A DNA stretch of 64,000 bases from an uncultured Acetatifactor sp. (GTDB taxonomy: Bacteria; Bacillota; Clostridia; Lachnospirales; Lachnospiraceae): positions 58,948-122,947 of the forward strand of contig CANQWM010000005.1 of assembly GCA_947627535.1 (NCBI GenBank), read 5' to 3'. Positions 28,780 to 43,019 of the stretch are shown in pieces (position 1 is the stretch's first letter; each line of letters opens with the position of its first letter). The translations under genes were made by a program, and so were the position numbers. The notes beneath the pieces were generated by a model. That model did no database searches, was not told where the DNA came from, and saw nothing but the letters and a program-made list of their open reading frames with translations.

Positions 28780-29973
28780 ATGGGAAACCGCGAAGAAAAA
28801 AGAAACCTTGAAACAATACCCGTGGGCTCTCTTGGCATCGTTGCCCTGGAGGGCTGTAAAACACTGGGGGAGAAGGTAGACCGTTATCTGGTCAAATGGA
28901 GAGCAGAGCGGGAGAGCGAACATAAAGACTCCCTCGCATTCTCCGGCTATCAGAGAGATTCCTATCTCATCGGCGCAAAAGTTCCCCGTTTCGGTTCCGG
29001 TGAAGCCAAGGGAATGATCCTGGAGTCCGTCCGGGGAGACGACCTGTATCTGCTGGTGGATGTCTGTAACTACTCACTGACTTATTCCCTTTGCGGACAC
29101 GAGAACCACATGTCGCCGGATGATCATTATCAGGATTTAAAACGGATCATTGCCGCGCTGGGCGGAAAAGCCCGGCGGATCACCGTGATCATGCCCTACC
29201 TCTACGAGAGCCGCCAGCACAAGCGCACTTCACGGGAATCTCTGGACTGCGCCCTTGCACTTCAGGAGCTGGTGCAGATGGGCGTGGACAACATTATCAC
29301 CTTCGACGCCCATGACCCCAGAGTCCAGAACGCTATTCCCCTGCACGGCTTTGAGACGGTACAGCCGGCCTATCAGTTTATCAAGGGGCTGCTGCGCAAC
29401 GTAAAGGACCTGAAACTGGACTCCGACCACATGATGATCATCAGCCCGGACGAAGGCGGCATGAGCCGTGCCATCTACATTGCAAACGTACTGGGTCTCG
29501 ACATGGGCATGTTTTATAAGAGACGGGATTATACAAGGGTGGAAAACGGCCGCAATCCCATTGTCGCACATGAATTTCTGGGGACCAGCGTAGAAGGCAA
29601 GGATATGATCATCATCGACGACATGATCTCTTCCGGTGAAAGCGTTCTCGAGGTGGCGGCACTGTTAAAAGACCGCCGTGCAAACCGGGTCTTCGTATTC
29701 TCCACCTTCGGACTGTTTACCAACGGGCTGGACAAGTTCGACAAGGCTTACGAGGACGGCGTCATCTACAGGGTTCTTACAACCAATCTTGTCTACCAGA
29801 CACCCCAGCTTCTGGAGCGGGAATGGTATGTCAACTGCGATATGAGCAAATATATCGCATACATTATCGATACGCTGAACCACGACTCCTCTATCAGCGA
29901 CCTTCTCAACCCCAACGAAAGAATCCAGCAGATCGTGGCAAAGTATCGGATGGGAGAACTGCGGGAAGATTAA
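28780..29973 (+). CDS. prs: Ribose-phosphate pyrophosphokinase
   Basis: RFGSGE, ESVRGDDLY, MPYLYESRQ, SPDEGG, IIIDDMISSG; start moved to 28780. Confidence 0.92.
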   Translation: MGNREEKRNLETIPVGSLGIVALEGCKTLGEKVDRYLVKWRAERESEHKDSLAFSGYQRDSYLIGAKVPRFGSGEAKGMILESVRGDDLYLLVDVCNYSLTYSLCGHENHMSPDDHYQDLKRIIAALGGKARRITVIMPYLYESRQHKRTSRESLDCALALQELVQMGVDNIITFDAHDPRVQNAIPLHGFETVQPAYQFIKGLLRNVKDLKLDSDHMMIISPDEGGMSRAIYIANVLGLDMGMFYKRRDYTRVENGRNPIVAHEFLGTSVEGKDMIIIDDMISSGESVLEVAALLKDRRANRVFVFSTFGLFTNGLDKFDKAYEDGVIYRVLTTNLVYQTPQLLEREWYVNCDMSKYIAYIIDTLNHDSSISDLLNPNERIQQIVAKYRMGELRED

Positions 29974-30020
29974 GAGAAGACGCTCGTGAAAAAAAGAAAA
30001 AGCTGATCCGGGGAAGGGAT

Positions 30021-30112
30021 AATTGTAAACTTTTTAATTTTATAGTTGACAATTTGTCTCTTCCCTTGTATACTCTATAATTGTCAACCGCTCATGCAAC
30101 TGGTTTACATTA
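30021..30112 (+). promoter_or_regulatory. Two BirA operators flanking the bioY promoter
   Basis: AATTGTAAAC-N14-GTTGACAATT (30021-54) and AATTGTCAAC-N14-GTTTACATTA (30079-112) match wwTGTtAAC-N14-GTTaACAww; promoter TTGACA(30046)-17-TATACT(30069). Confidence 0.85.
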
Positions 30113-30196
30113 CATCCTGGGAAGCGGTGGACAAAGCAAAGCCGCCCGCCGGCCGATTCCATCGGCCGATACGGCCGCGGCAGAAAAGAGGATAGG

Positions 30197-30724
30197 ATGA
30201 AAATAAGACAGCTTACTCTGGTGGGCCTGATGACAGCCGTCACCTGCATTCTCGGCCCTGTCTCTTTCCCCATTCCCATAAGCCCCGTTCCCATCTCGCT
30301 TGGTACGCTGGCAATTTATTTTGTTTTGACCGTGCTGGGAATGAAATTGGGCACCCTGAGCGTTTTTATCTATCTGCTGCTGGGCTTCGTGGGGCTTCCC
30401 GTATTTACAGGTTTTACCGGCGGTGCCGGTAAACTCTTCGGACCTACCGGCGGCTACCTTATCGGCTATATCTTCATGGCCCTGACAGCCGGATTCTTTC
30501 TTGACAAATGGAGATCCAGCCTGCCTCTTTCTGTTGTGGGAATGCTGCTGGGCACCGCTGTTCTCTATCTTTTCGGAAGCATCTGGCTTGCGTATCAGGC
30601 CTCCCTTACCCTGCCCCAGGCGCTGATGGCAGGCGTTGTTCCCTACATTCCCGGCGATCTCGTAAAGCTTGCCCTGGCCATGTTTCTCGGCCTTCAGGTC
30701 AGAAAACGTCTGCCCCGATCCTGA
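30197..30724 (+). CDS. bioY: Biotin ECF transporter S component BioY
   Basis: PVPISLGTLA, IYLLLGFVGLPVF, GPTGGYLIGY, PYIPGDLVK; BirA sites upstream. Confidence 0.93.
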   Translation: MKIRQLTLVGLMTAVTCILGPVSFPIPISPVPISLGTLAIYFVLTVLGMKLGTLSVFIYLLLGFVGLPVFTGFTGGAGKLFGPTGGYLIGYIFMALTAGFFLDKWRSSLPLSVVGMLLGTAVLYLFGSIWLAYQASLTLPQALMAGVVPYIPGDLVKLALAMFLGLQVRKRLPRS

Positions 30725-30766
30725 TTTTTCCCCTTTCCCCGACAAAAGGGTCAGGATCGGAGCCTT

Positions 30767-33295
30767 TCAGTTTTTTATATAAGTGATAAAACAGTTGCCG
30801 TTTTCGGCAAACCATTCTGCGGAATCGTTCATCCCCATTTTGTGAAGCCTATTTATGGCAGGTTCCAGCAGAATGGTGTTATACTCGTCAAACCCGGTGA
30901 TCAGAACGGCTTCCCCGTCGCGCAGCAGGGCGAGTACAGGAATGTTCCGGTTCACATAATACAGCATGGCGTCTACATTACAGCCGGTCAGATCCAGGAT
31001 TCTCGCGCCCTCCAGGTTTTCCTCCAGGATTTCCGGCACCGTCTTTCCCAGCCCCAGCAGATAATCCGAATTATGCGCCAGTCCCTCATAGCTGAAAATA
31101 GCATCCAGACACACGGACAGGCTGGTTTCTCCTTCTTCCACTCCCGTTTCCCGGATAGACGATATCTGATTTCTGGGGGAACGATTTCCCCGCAGCCATA
31201 TGCACGCACCGTTTTCATCCACCACTACACCGGAAATTTCGTACGCCTGATTCACCGCACCGGCGGGAGAGGTAAAAATATTGTCAACGCCGTAGGGCCC
31301 ATATACATAGTAACGGTTCGTCCCGCCGCCTGCAGGCAGCCGCAGTTCCCTTCCGCCCTCATAGACCACTTCCTTTGGATTGAGTACCTTGATATTTTTA
31401 CTGTCAATAATCCCGGTGGTCTTAATCTGCACATATTTCTTATAGACGGCGATGTCTGCGGTGACAATGGTATTTTTCCCGGTTTCCGCCTCCATGTTAT
31501 TCATGATTTGATCGTCGTCCGCCTCCTTATATTCCCCCGACTCCAGCCGGCTCAGGCGTTTCAGCGTGATCTGATTGGCTGCCACCTGAATGTCAGTGAT
31601 ATAAAGCCCGTCCTGTTCATACTCCTTCAGAACGGCCCCCGAGGAATTACAGATGCAGATCCTATACATGGGAAAGAAGAACCGGCCAGAGTTTTCCTCC
31701 CGGATATCTTCCAGCTTGGCCACACCGAAAATAACATCCTCATCCATGAACCCCAGAGGCCGCACTGCCTCGTCAGGTCCCACCTGGATGCTGTTGCAGA
31801 CCCCTGTGCCCAGATTCCGAATATTCAGGACCCGGCTGTGATAGATATCCTCTCCTTCAGACCACACCAGAATCCTATGATCCTCTGACACATGCATACT
31901 GCCGTCCTGCGTGACCGCCAGCAGAGACGAATATGTCCGATTTTCCAGATCAATCTCATAGACGGTATTTTCCAGCTGAAGATACAGTTTCCGGTTCCTG
32001 TTCAGATACAGAAGATCATCCATTTCGGCTGACAGGACTGCAAACGTTTTTTCGTAAGGGATATACAACAATTCTTCTATGGTGTTTAGTGCACTGTTAT
32101 AGGAGTAGAGCTGGATCCCCACCTCTCCCTCATGGCGTCCCCGGTTCATGTATCCGTACAATGCAAACTGCACACTGCCGCTCTCATCCACATCCAGAAT
32201 CCGGATGGCATGCTGATCGTAAAGTGTACGCCAGTCCCCATTGTCCCGGTCATAGAAACTGAAAATCACCGTCAGCTTGTTGGAAGCCGCATTGTAGCTC
32301 AGCAGCCTGTTGGCCTCCTGAAAGACAACCGTGCTGCCGTCCTCACTTTCCATCATGGGGACCTCCTCAGATGTGATTCCAAGAAGGATCTTATCGTTGG
32401 CATACATCTCTTCCACATTGGGAATCTGGGTCATGGTGCGCTGATAATCCAGAAGGTACATTCTCTCCGGCGTATATCGGATCCGAAAATGCTCCCGCAT
32501 CCTATAATATGTCTTGCCGCCATCCTCCCCTTTTGTGGATACTACATAATCCAGCAGCAGGGACGCTGTCTGACTTGCAATCTCAGTCAGGCGTATCTGG
32601 GGCGCCATCTCCTCCTTTACCGGCAGCTCGTCCCACGTAATCTGCCGAAAGCTGCTGTGGATGTTGACATTGTGAAAAGAACTGTTGTCCTCCAGCCTGG
32701 AATTGGTCTCAAGATATTTTGTCAGCTCTCTGGCTGCCTCCCTGTCGTAAAGCTTCCGGTGGAAATCCAGTGCATACTCCAGCTTTTCCTTGACATTCAG
32801 GCTGTCGCTCCAGATGACCCTGGTGTAATAATATACGGAAGTGCTGCCGTTGAGTTCAAGCACAATGGCAAGAGAATAATCCGTGTCCCTTTCGATCAGA
32901 TCCTTCAGGGAAACAGTGCCCCTGATCCGTTCCCCTTGCGTCTGATACTCCGTCAGGGCTGTATCCTCAATGAGACGGGAACCGTCTGCGCTGCGCACCT
33001 GAACGGAGATCCCTGTCACATTCCGCCCAAAGGTTTCCACTGTAAAGCCTGTATCTCTGCCATCCCCCAGCACCGTCACGGTATCCCTCTGAAAAGCGAT
33101 ATCCATGGGAGCGCTGTAACCGTGGAGCTGATTATACGCAATACCGTCCGTCTCCATGGTAACTAACGGAAACGTTGCCCCTCCCATCTCCATGGTAAGG
33201 TTGTCATGCCCCTGGTTCATTATTCTGCCGATGACCACCAATCCCAGAAGAAAAGCAGCCGCAAAGACCAATAATTTGATAATGCTTTTTTTCAT
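30767..33295 (-). CDS. Large N-terminally anchored extracytoplasmic protein with a possible degenerate C39-peptidase-like C-terminus
   Basis: Single N-terminal TM; C-terminal SLSVCLDAIF...NIPVLALL...AVLITGFDE pattern; ATGA overlap with the upstream methyltransferase. Confidence 0.55.
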   Translation of the reverse strand: MKKSIIKLLVFAAAFLLGLVVIGRIMNQGHDNLTMEMGGATFPLVTMETDGIAYNQLHGYSAPMDIAFQRDTVTVLGDGRDTGFTVETFGRNVTGISVQVRSADGSRLIEDTALTEYQTQGERIRGTVSLKDLIERDTDYSLAIVLELNGSTSVYYYTRVIWSDSLNVKEKLEYALDFHRKLYDREAARELTKYLETNSRLEDNSSFHNVNIHSSFRQITWDELPVKEEMAPQIRLTEIASQTASLLLDYVVSTKGEDGGKTYYRMREHFRIRYTPERMYLLDYQRTMTQIPNVEEMYANDKILLGITSEEVPMMESEDGSTVVFQEANRLLSYNAASNKLTVIFSFYDRDNGDWRTLYDQHAIRILDVDESGSVQFALYGYMNRGRHEGEVGIQLYSYNSALNTIEELLYIPYEKTFAVLSAEMDDLLYLNRNRKLYLQLENTVYEIDLENRTYSSLLAVTQDGSMHVSEDHRILVWSEGEDIYHSRVLNIRNLGTGVCNSIQVGPDEAVRPLGFMDEDVIFGVAKLEDIREENSGRFFFPMYRICICNSSGAVLKEYEQDGLYITDIQVAANQITLKRLSRLESGEYKEADDDQIMNNMEAETGKNTIVTADIAVYKKYVQIKTTGIIDSKNIKVLNPKEVVYEGGRELRLPAGGGTNRYYVYGPYGVDNIFTSPAGAVNQAYEISGVVVDENGACIWLRGNRSPRNQISSIRETGVEEGETSLSVCLDAIFSYEGLAHNSDYLLGLGKTVPEILEENLEGARILDLTGCNVDAMLYYVNRNIPVLALLRDGEAVLITGFDEYNTILLEPAINRLHKMGMNDSAEWFAENGNCFITYIKN

Positions 33296-34440
33296 AACAG
33301 CTCCTTCAACACCGGCTTTACATGGAAAAATTCTGTCACCTCATCAATGGATGCGGCTCTGGGGCGGATCCCCCTGCGTTTCACGGCGCGGATCATAAGA
33401 TTCTTGGGGGTATGTTCCATATCAATAAACTCGAGAATCTGCGCGTCATACCCCTGCTGTTCCAGCAGATCCGCCCGAAGCGCATCTGTGATCAGCGCGG
33501 CCATGCGCTCCTTTATGACGCCATATTTGAAAATGGGCTTCAGCAGATCACAGCGTATCTGGCCGTTCAGCTCATGCTGGCAGCACGGCACCGCAAGGAT
33601 CACATCTGCCCCCCATTTTACCGCTTTTTCCAGAGCATAGTCCGTGGCCCTGTCGCAGGCATGCAGAGAGACCACCATGTCCACCTTCTCTGCGCCCTGA
33701 TAGCCGCTGATGTCTCCCTGTTCAAAATGCAGACCCGTATATTCCAGTTTCCGTGCCAGGTCGTTACAGCGCGCGATTACATCCGCCTTCAGATCCAGGC
33801 CGGTGACGCTGATCTCCCTTCCCTTCAGAACATGCAGATAGTAATACATGGCAAAGGTAAGATAGAACTTACCGCATCCGAAGTCCACAATGCGGATGAT
33901 CCTGTCTCCGGGCAGCTGATCCAGAATATCCTCTATAAACTCCAGATACCGATTGATCTGGCGAAACTTATCATATTTCGACTTTACGACACGCCCGTCC
34001 CGGGTCTGTACGCCAAGCTCTACCAGAAAATCCACGGGCCTTCCTTCCCCCAGAATATATTGCCGGGAGCGGTCATGGGTCATGGAGAAGGCAGGCATGT
34101 CCTGTCCCGGAGCGCATGTTTTCTGTTTCCTGCGGACGGTCACCTTTCCCTTTCTGCTCACGAGAAGGACCGTATCCGCATCACAGCTGTTTATCTGAGC
34201 CTGTCGAAAAAGGCTTCCCATATAACCGGCAAGCCTGTCCGCCAGCTCCTGCTCCGAAAAATTCGCATGAAACACCTGTGTGCCGCGAAAGACAGTCTCC
34301 TGAAACAACAGGACGCCTTTGAGCAGCACAGGGCGGACTTTCACTTTTTCCGCCCTGTCCGCATCCATCGTCCCGCTCAGCGTCATCTGTATCAGATTGC
34401 GGTTCAGCGTCTGCTGAAACAGTTTCCTGATTTCTTCCAT
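33292..34440 (-). CDS. Class I SAM-dependent methyltransferase
   Basis: KFRQINRYLE, IVDFGCGK, VTGLDLK, SLHACDRATD, VPCCQHE. Confidence 0.88.
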   Translation of the reverse strand: MEEIRKLFQQTLNRNLIQMTLSGTMDADRAEKVKVRPVLLKGVLLFQETVFRGTQVFHANFSEQELADRLAGYMGSLFRQAQINSCDADTVLLVSRKGKVTVRRKQKTCAPGQDMPAFSMTHDRSRQYILGEGRPVDFLVELGVQTRDGRVVKSKYDKFRQINRYLEFIEDILDQLPGDRIIRIVDFGCGKFYLTFAMYYYLHVLKGREISVTGLDLKADVIARCNDLARKLEYTGLHFEQGDISGYQGAEKVDMVVSLHACDRATDYALEKAVKWGADVILAVPCCQHELNGQIRCDLLKPIFKYGVIKERMAALITDALRADLLEQQGYDAQILEFIDMEHTPKNLMIRAVKRRGIRPRAASIDEVTEFFHVKPVLKELL

Positions 34441-34461
34441 CCTCTTTCCCGAATTGCACCG

Positions 34462-34860
34462 CTAAAAGATAATCGCTCTCTGACCGCCATGCCGACGTTT
34501 GTACACCTCGATAAACAAAAGCACCTGAATCAGATTCTCCTCCGGCGGTTCCCCTTCTTCCTTTTCCAATATACCACAGACTGTTTTCGCCAGGCTCTGC
34601 AGACTATACCTGTCCGGATACTCATCATAGATCATACTGCCTTCATAGTCTGTGGTGTCCAGTATTTCCGCCACCCTGCGGCGGAATCGTTTCACATCGT
34701 TGGGGTACAGCTGCTGAAAATATTCAAGGTCACTTAACACAGCAGCTTCCTGTCTGGGACTAACATATCCCGAATACGTCATATAAAAAGGAAGGGGCCC
34801 GTTCCAGCCCCTTATTCTGCCGTCCGACAGCGGCTGTGCCAATTTAGAGTGAAAATCCAT
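34462..34860 (-). CDS. Hypothetical protein, possibly sporulation-related
   Basis: Coherent ORF (DLEYFQQLYP, GSMIYDEYPD) in an operon-like position. Confidence 0.65.
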   Translation of the reverse strand: MDFHSKLAQPLSDGRIRGWNGPLPFYMTYSGYVSPRQEAAVLSDLEYFQQLYPNDVKRFRRRVAEILDTTDYEGSMIYDEYPDRYSLQSLAKTVCGILEKEEGEPPEENLIQVLLFIEVYKRRHGGQRAIIF

Positions 34861-34886
34861 ATGCGCACCTTACAATGCTTTTACAC

Positions 34887-34913
34887 AGTATATGCGCATT
34901 TCCATCCAATTGT
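34887..34913 (-). promoter_or_regulatory. Possible SigK-type promoter within a ~31-32-bp imperfect tandem repeat
   Basis: Minus strand AC-17-CATATACT (SigK consensus AC-N16/17-CATA---T); CTGTGTAA and TGCGCATAT each occur twice. Confidence 0.4.
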
Positions 34914-34944
34914 TACACAGCCGCCGGACGCTTCCTCTGTGATG

Positions 34945-35349
34945 TTATTTTAACAGTTCGATCCGGGCAACCGCTCTCAAAAGAGCCGTCTCCGCCCGGG
35001 CAATGTCTGTCTCGGGAGTTCTGCTGCGAAGCCGCTCCTCGGCCCTTTCCTTCGCCGCGTTTGCACGCTCTTGATCTATCTCGTAAGGCCATTCCACGAT
35101 CTCCGCAAGAATAGTCACCCGATCCTGCAGGATCTCCGCAAAGCCGGCGTGAAGCGCAGCGCGCTTCTCTTCCTCAGGCTCATAAATACTAAGGATCCCC
35201 GGCTTCAGAATCACGGTAAGAGGAATGTGCCCGGGCAGTACGCCGATCTCACCCTCAGTGGTGTTAAATTCCACCATCTCTGCCTGCCCTTCATAAAACA
35301 GCCGGTCCGGCGTGATAATGCGCAGAAGAAGGGTATTCTTTTCCGCCAT
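34945..35349 (-). CDS. atpC: F1 ATP synthase epsilon subunit
   Basis: LRIITPDR, GEIGVLPGHIP, ALHAGFAE, C-terminal helices. Confidence 0.95.
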   Translation of the reverse strand: MAEKNTLLLRIITPDRLFYEGQAEMVEFNTTEGEIGVLPGHIPLTVILKPGILSIYEPEEEKRAALHAGFAEILQDRVTILAEIVEWPYEIDQERANAAKERAEERLRSRTPETDIARAETALLRAVARIELLK

Positions 35350-35360
35350 ACGCTAGCCTC

Positions 35361-36791
<1,431 letters not shown>

Positions 36792-36807
36792 TTACATAAA
36801 AGTTTTT

Positions 36808-37671
36808 CTAACCCAGCGCCTCCGCTCCCGCAATGATCTCCGTGAGCTCCTGCGTGATGGAACCCTGACGGGCCCGGTTATACTTCAGCGCCAGATCATT
36901 TATCATTTCCTCCGCATTGCTGGTAGCGCTGTCCATCGCCTGCATACGGGCGCCATTTTCACTTGCCACAGATTCCACTAAAGCGCCGTAGATCAGACTG
37001 GTCATGTATTTGGGGAGGATTAGATCCAGTGCTTCCGAATCTTCCGGTTCAAAGTCCATGACTGCCTCCGCCTTCCCGGATTTCTCATCCGCCTGCGGAG
37101 CGTACTCCACCGGAAGAAGCTTCAGCAGCGTAGGAACATGGCTCACCGTATTCTTAAAGGCGGTGTAGGCAAGATAAATCTCGCCCACCTCTCCTGCCGC
37201 AAACGACTGAAGCAGCTCCCGGGAGAGCGCCATCGCATCCGCATATACAGGACTCTCTACAATGTCATTCTCACAGGGCTTTATCTGATAACCATATCGT
37301 GCAAAGGCTTCGCGTCCCTTGTTTCCCAGCGTATAGACCACAACATCCTCCCTGTTCCACTGCGGATTTCTTGTGACCAGCTTTACCACATTCGAGTTAT
37401 AGCCGCCCGCCAGACCCCTGTTGGAGGTAATAACCACAACCGCCTTTTTCCGGGACGTTCCCGGGACCAGATACTTATGCTCCAGATGCCCTACACGGCT
37501 TAAAATACTGTTCACCGTGTCGTACATACAGGTAAAATACTCTTTTGACCGTTCCGCATTTGCTCTGGCCCTCTGCAGCTTGACAGTGGAGACCAGCTTC
37601 ATGGCTTTCGTGATCTGCTGGGTCCCCTGAATACTGCTTCTGCGGCGTTTGATATCGCGCATTGATGCCAT
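36808..37671 (-). CDS. atpG: F1 ATP synthase gamma subunit
   Basis: QITKAMKLVS, ITSNRGLAGGYN, RMQAMDSAT, NRARQGSITQELTEI. Confidence 0.97.
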   Translation of the reverse strand: MASMRDIKRRRSSIQGTQQITKAMKLVSTVKLQRARANAERSKEYFTCMYDTVNSILSRVGHLEHKYLVPGTSRKKAVVVITSNRGLAGGYNSNVVKLVTRNPQWNREDVVVYTLGNKGREAFARYGYQIKPCENDIVESPVYADAMALSRELLQSFAAGEVGEIYLAYTAFKNTVSHVPTLLKLLPVEYAPQADEKSGKAEAVMDFEPEDSEALDLILPKYMTSLIYGALVESVASENGARMQAMDSATSNAEEMINDLALKYNRARQGSITQELTEIIAGAEALG

Positions 37672-37706
37672 AATATGTCCTCATTTCCCTGAACGCCTCA
37701 CGGCCT

Positions 37707-39785
<2,079 letters not shown>

Positions 39786-39798
<13 letters not shown>

Positions 39799-40301
39799 GT
39801 CTTTTCACCCATTTCCTTTAAGGTTTCGTCGATCAGCCGGTTCTGGGCGGCGGTATCGATGGAAGAGGCGACAAACTTTCCGGCCATCAGCGCGGAAACC
39901 GTAATGATCTCCCGTTTCACCTCGTCGGCCACCTTCTGTTTCTCAAGCTCTGCCTCCACGCGGGCTCTATCCAGAATACGGGCCGCTTCCTCCCTTGCCT
40001 CGGCAACGATCTGTTTTTCATTGTCAAGCGCTTTTCTGCGCGCCTCTCCAAGGATCGCCTCCGCTTCCTTGTCGATCTCTTTGATCTTTGTCTCGTACTC
40101 CTGCTTCAGACGGTCCGCTTCCTCCATATTCTGCTTTGCTGTCTCCAGCTCGCCGCGGATCTTATCCCGGCGGTCGTTCAGAAACTTTCTCGCAGGGTTG
40201 AAGAGCAGATAGCTCATCAAAAGAAACAGGACAAAAACGGCAATGATCATCAGGACAGAGTCCGCAACCAGCTGCCAATCCAAATCAAACAGTCTCGACA
40301 T
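39786..40301 (-). CDS. atpF: Fo subunit b
   Basis: N-terminal TM, FLNDRRDKI, long coiled coil; start moved to MSRLFDL (40301). Confidence 0.9.
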
Positions 40302-40424
40302 GGACTGTCCTTCTGTCAATAGTATCATTCTTCCTCTTTTCTGCTGCTTAAAAGCAGCCGGCAAACTCATTCGGGACCTGCGCTTCGGCGCAGGCTCCGG
40401 GATGGAACCCCCGCTCCGCTGCGA

Positions 40425-41469
<1,045 letters not shown>

Positions 41470-41494
41470 ATTTTCACCTCCTCCGTCTGTGATT

Positions 41495-41980
41495 TTAAGA
41501 TTGAATGTTTCCTTCGGAAAGCGCCTGCTCTTCTTCCTGGGCGCCCTCTTCCGGCAAAGGCTCCGGGACGGGATCCGTCTCATGGAACAGCCGGTTCAAT
41601 CCTTTATGGGTAAGCGGCTGCAGATACGCCGTTACTTTCATGCTCATATATCCCAGAAAAACCACCAGCGGGTTCAGCACACCGGAAACCGCAGAAACCG
41701 CTGTCACAAAAAGAATCACGGCATAGCGGAAAAAATACCCTCTGGAAATGATCTTTGCCCCGGCTTCCCCCAAAGGCAGCGCCCGGTCCAGCGTATGCGC
41801 CATGTGAAGAACACCAGCCATGGAAAACGCCACACCGATCCACAGACTCGCCGCGTACTGGGCCTGATTCCTTACGAAAAAAACGCCCGCGAACTGACAG
41901 ACAGCTCCGAAAAACAACTGTCCCAGATGCATTTCCAAAACCGTTCTGTCACTGTTTTTTAACGTCTGGATAATCTTCAC
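41495..41980 (-). CDS. atpI: ATP synthase protein I (start codon uncertain)
   Basis: Four TM-like segments; position between atpZ and atpB. Confidence 0.75.
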   Translation of the reverse strand: MKIIQTLKNSDRTVLEMHLGQLFFGAVCQFAGVFFVRNQAQYAASLWIGVAFSMAGVLHMAHTLDRALPLGEAGAKIISRGYFFRYAVILFVTAVSAVSGVLNPLVVFLGYMSMKVTAYLQPLTHKGLNRLFHETDPVPEPLPEEGAQEEEQALSEGNIQS

Positions 41981-42230
41981 CGGATGAATCCCGCTCCTTC
42001 TTCTGCTCCGGTTCATAGATCTTCCGGATCATGCGGTACGCGCTCTGGCCTCCCGCAGCCGTTCCCATCACGAACAGCACCGCCGTAATCCATGACGTAC
42101 CCAGCTTCCTGTCCAGCCAGACCCCCACAGCCGTCGCTATCCCTATAGCGGTGATCATGGTAATCCCCAGCTGGGAAACCAGAGCAAGCGTCTGAAACGT
42201 CGTTCTGTTGTCTTCCTTTTTATGCTTCAT
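41949..42230 (-). CDS. atpZ: AtpZ/AtpI-family small membrane protein
   Basis: SQLGITM...GVWLDRKLGT...MGTAAG; first gene of the operon. Confidence 0.85.
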   Translation of the reverse strand: MKHKKEDNRTTFQTLALVSQLGITMITAIGIATAVGVWLDRKLGTSWITAVLFVMGTAAGGQSAYRMIRKIYEPEQKKERDSSGEDYPDVKKQ

Positions 42231-42272
42231 AGTATGACAGGAACACCTTCTTAAATTTTAATCACTTTTACC

Positions 42273-42301
42273 ATTATACTCAAATTCCCATAAATTGTCC
42301 A
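42273..42301 (-). promoter_or_regulatory. atp operon promoter
   Basis: Minus strand TGGACA-17-TATAAT. A divergent TTGACT-17-TAGTAT for the GNAT gene lies at 42357-42385. Confidence 0.7.
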
Positions 42302-42447
42302 GTGCCACATGCGTAAAACAGCGAACGGTTTTTGTCCGCTTTCTGTCCATTTCTCATTGACTTCCCCCGCCTGTCGCTGTAGTATCTTTATAAAGAAATT
42401 TTTATATCTTGATACATATGATTTTGACATAGGAAAGGATTTTTCCC

Positions 42448-43017
42448 ATGAAGATACGCATTGTCTCACCAGAAGACGCACCGGCGCTGCTTGAGATCTA
42501 CGCGCCCTATGTGCGGGAAACCGCCGTCTCCTTTGAACACGAGGTCCCCTCCCTTGCGGAATTTAGGGACCGTATCCTGCATACTCTCAAGGATTACCCC
42601 TATCTCGCCGCAGAAGAAGACGGCCGCCTTCTGGGCTATACCTATGCTTCACGCTTTAAGTCGAGGGCAGCCTACGACTGGTCGGTGGAGACCACCATCT
42701 ATGTACGCCGGGATGAACGGCACCGCGGAACAGGAAGCGCCCTGTACCGGTCTCTGGAGGACTGCCTGCGCAGACAGAATGTCTGTAACCTCTGCGCCTG
42801 CATCGCGTATCCAAACCCTGACAGCATCGCCTTTCACAAGGCTTTCGGCTATGTCGAAGCCGCCCATTTTCATCAATCCGGCTATAAGCTTGGCGCCTGG
42901 CAGGATATGATCTGGATGGAACGCACGCTCTGTCCCCATTCCATTCCCCCGGCGCCATTTGTCCCGTTTTCGCAGCTTGATCCCGATTTTCCCGACACAC
43001 GAAAGGAGCTTTTATAA
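42448..43017 (+). CDS. GNAT N-acetyltransferase (phosphinothricin acetyltransferase-like)
   Basis: IYAPYVRETAVSFE, AYDWSVETTIYV, GTGSALY, SIAFHKAFGY, GYKLGAWQD. Confidence 0.9.
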   Translation: MKIRIVSPEDAPALLEIYAPYVRETAVSFEHEVPSLAEFRDRILHTLKDYPYLAAEEDGRLLGYTYASRFKSRAAYDWSVETTIYVRRDERHRGTGSALYRSLEDCLRRQNVCNLCACIAYPNPDSIAFHKAFGYVEAAHFHQSGYKLGAWQDMIWMERTLCPHSIPPAPFVPFSQLDPDFPDTRKELL

Positions 43018-43019
43018 GC

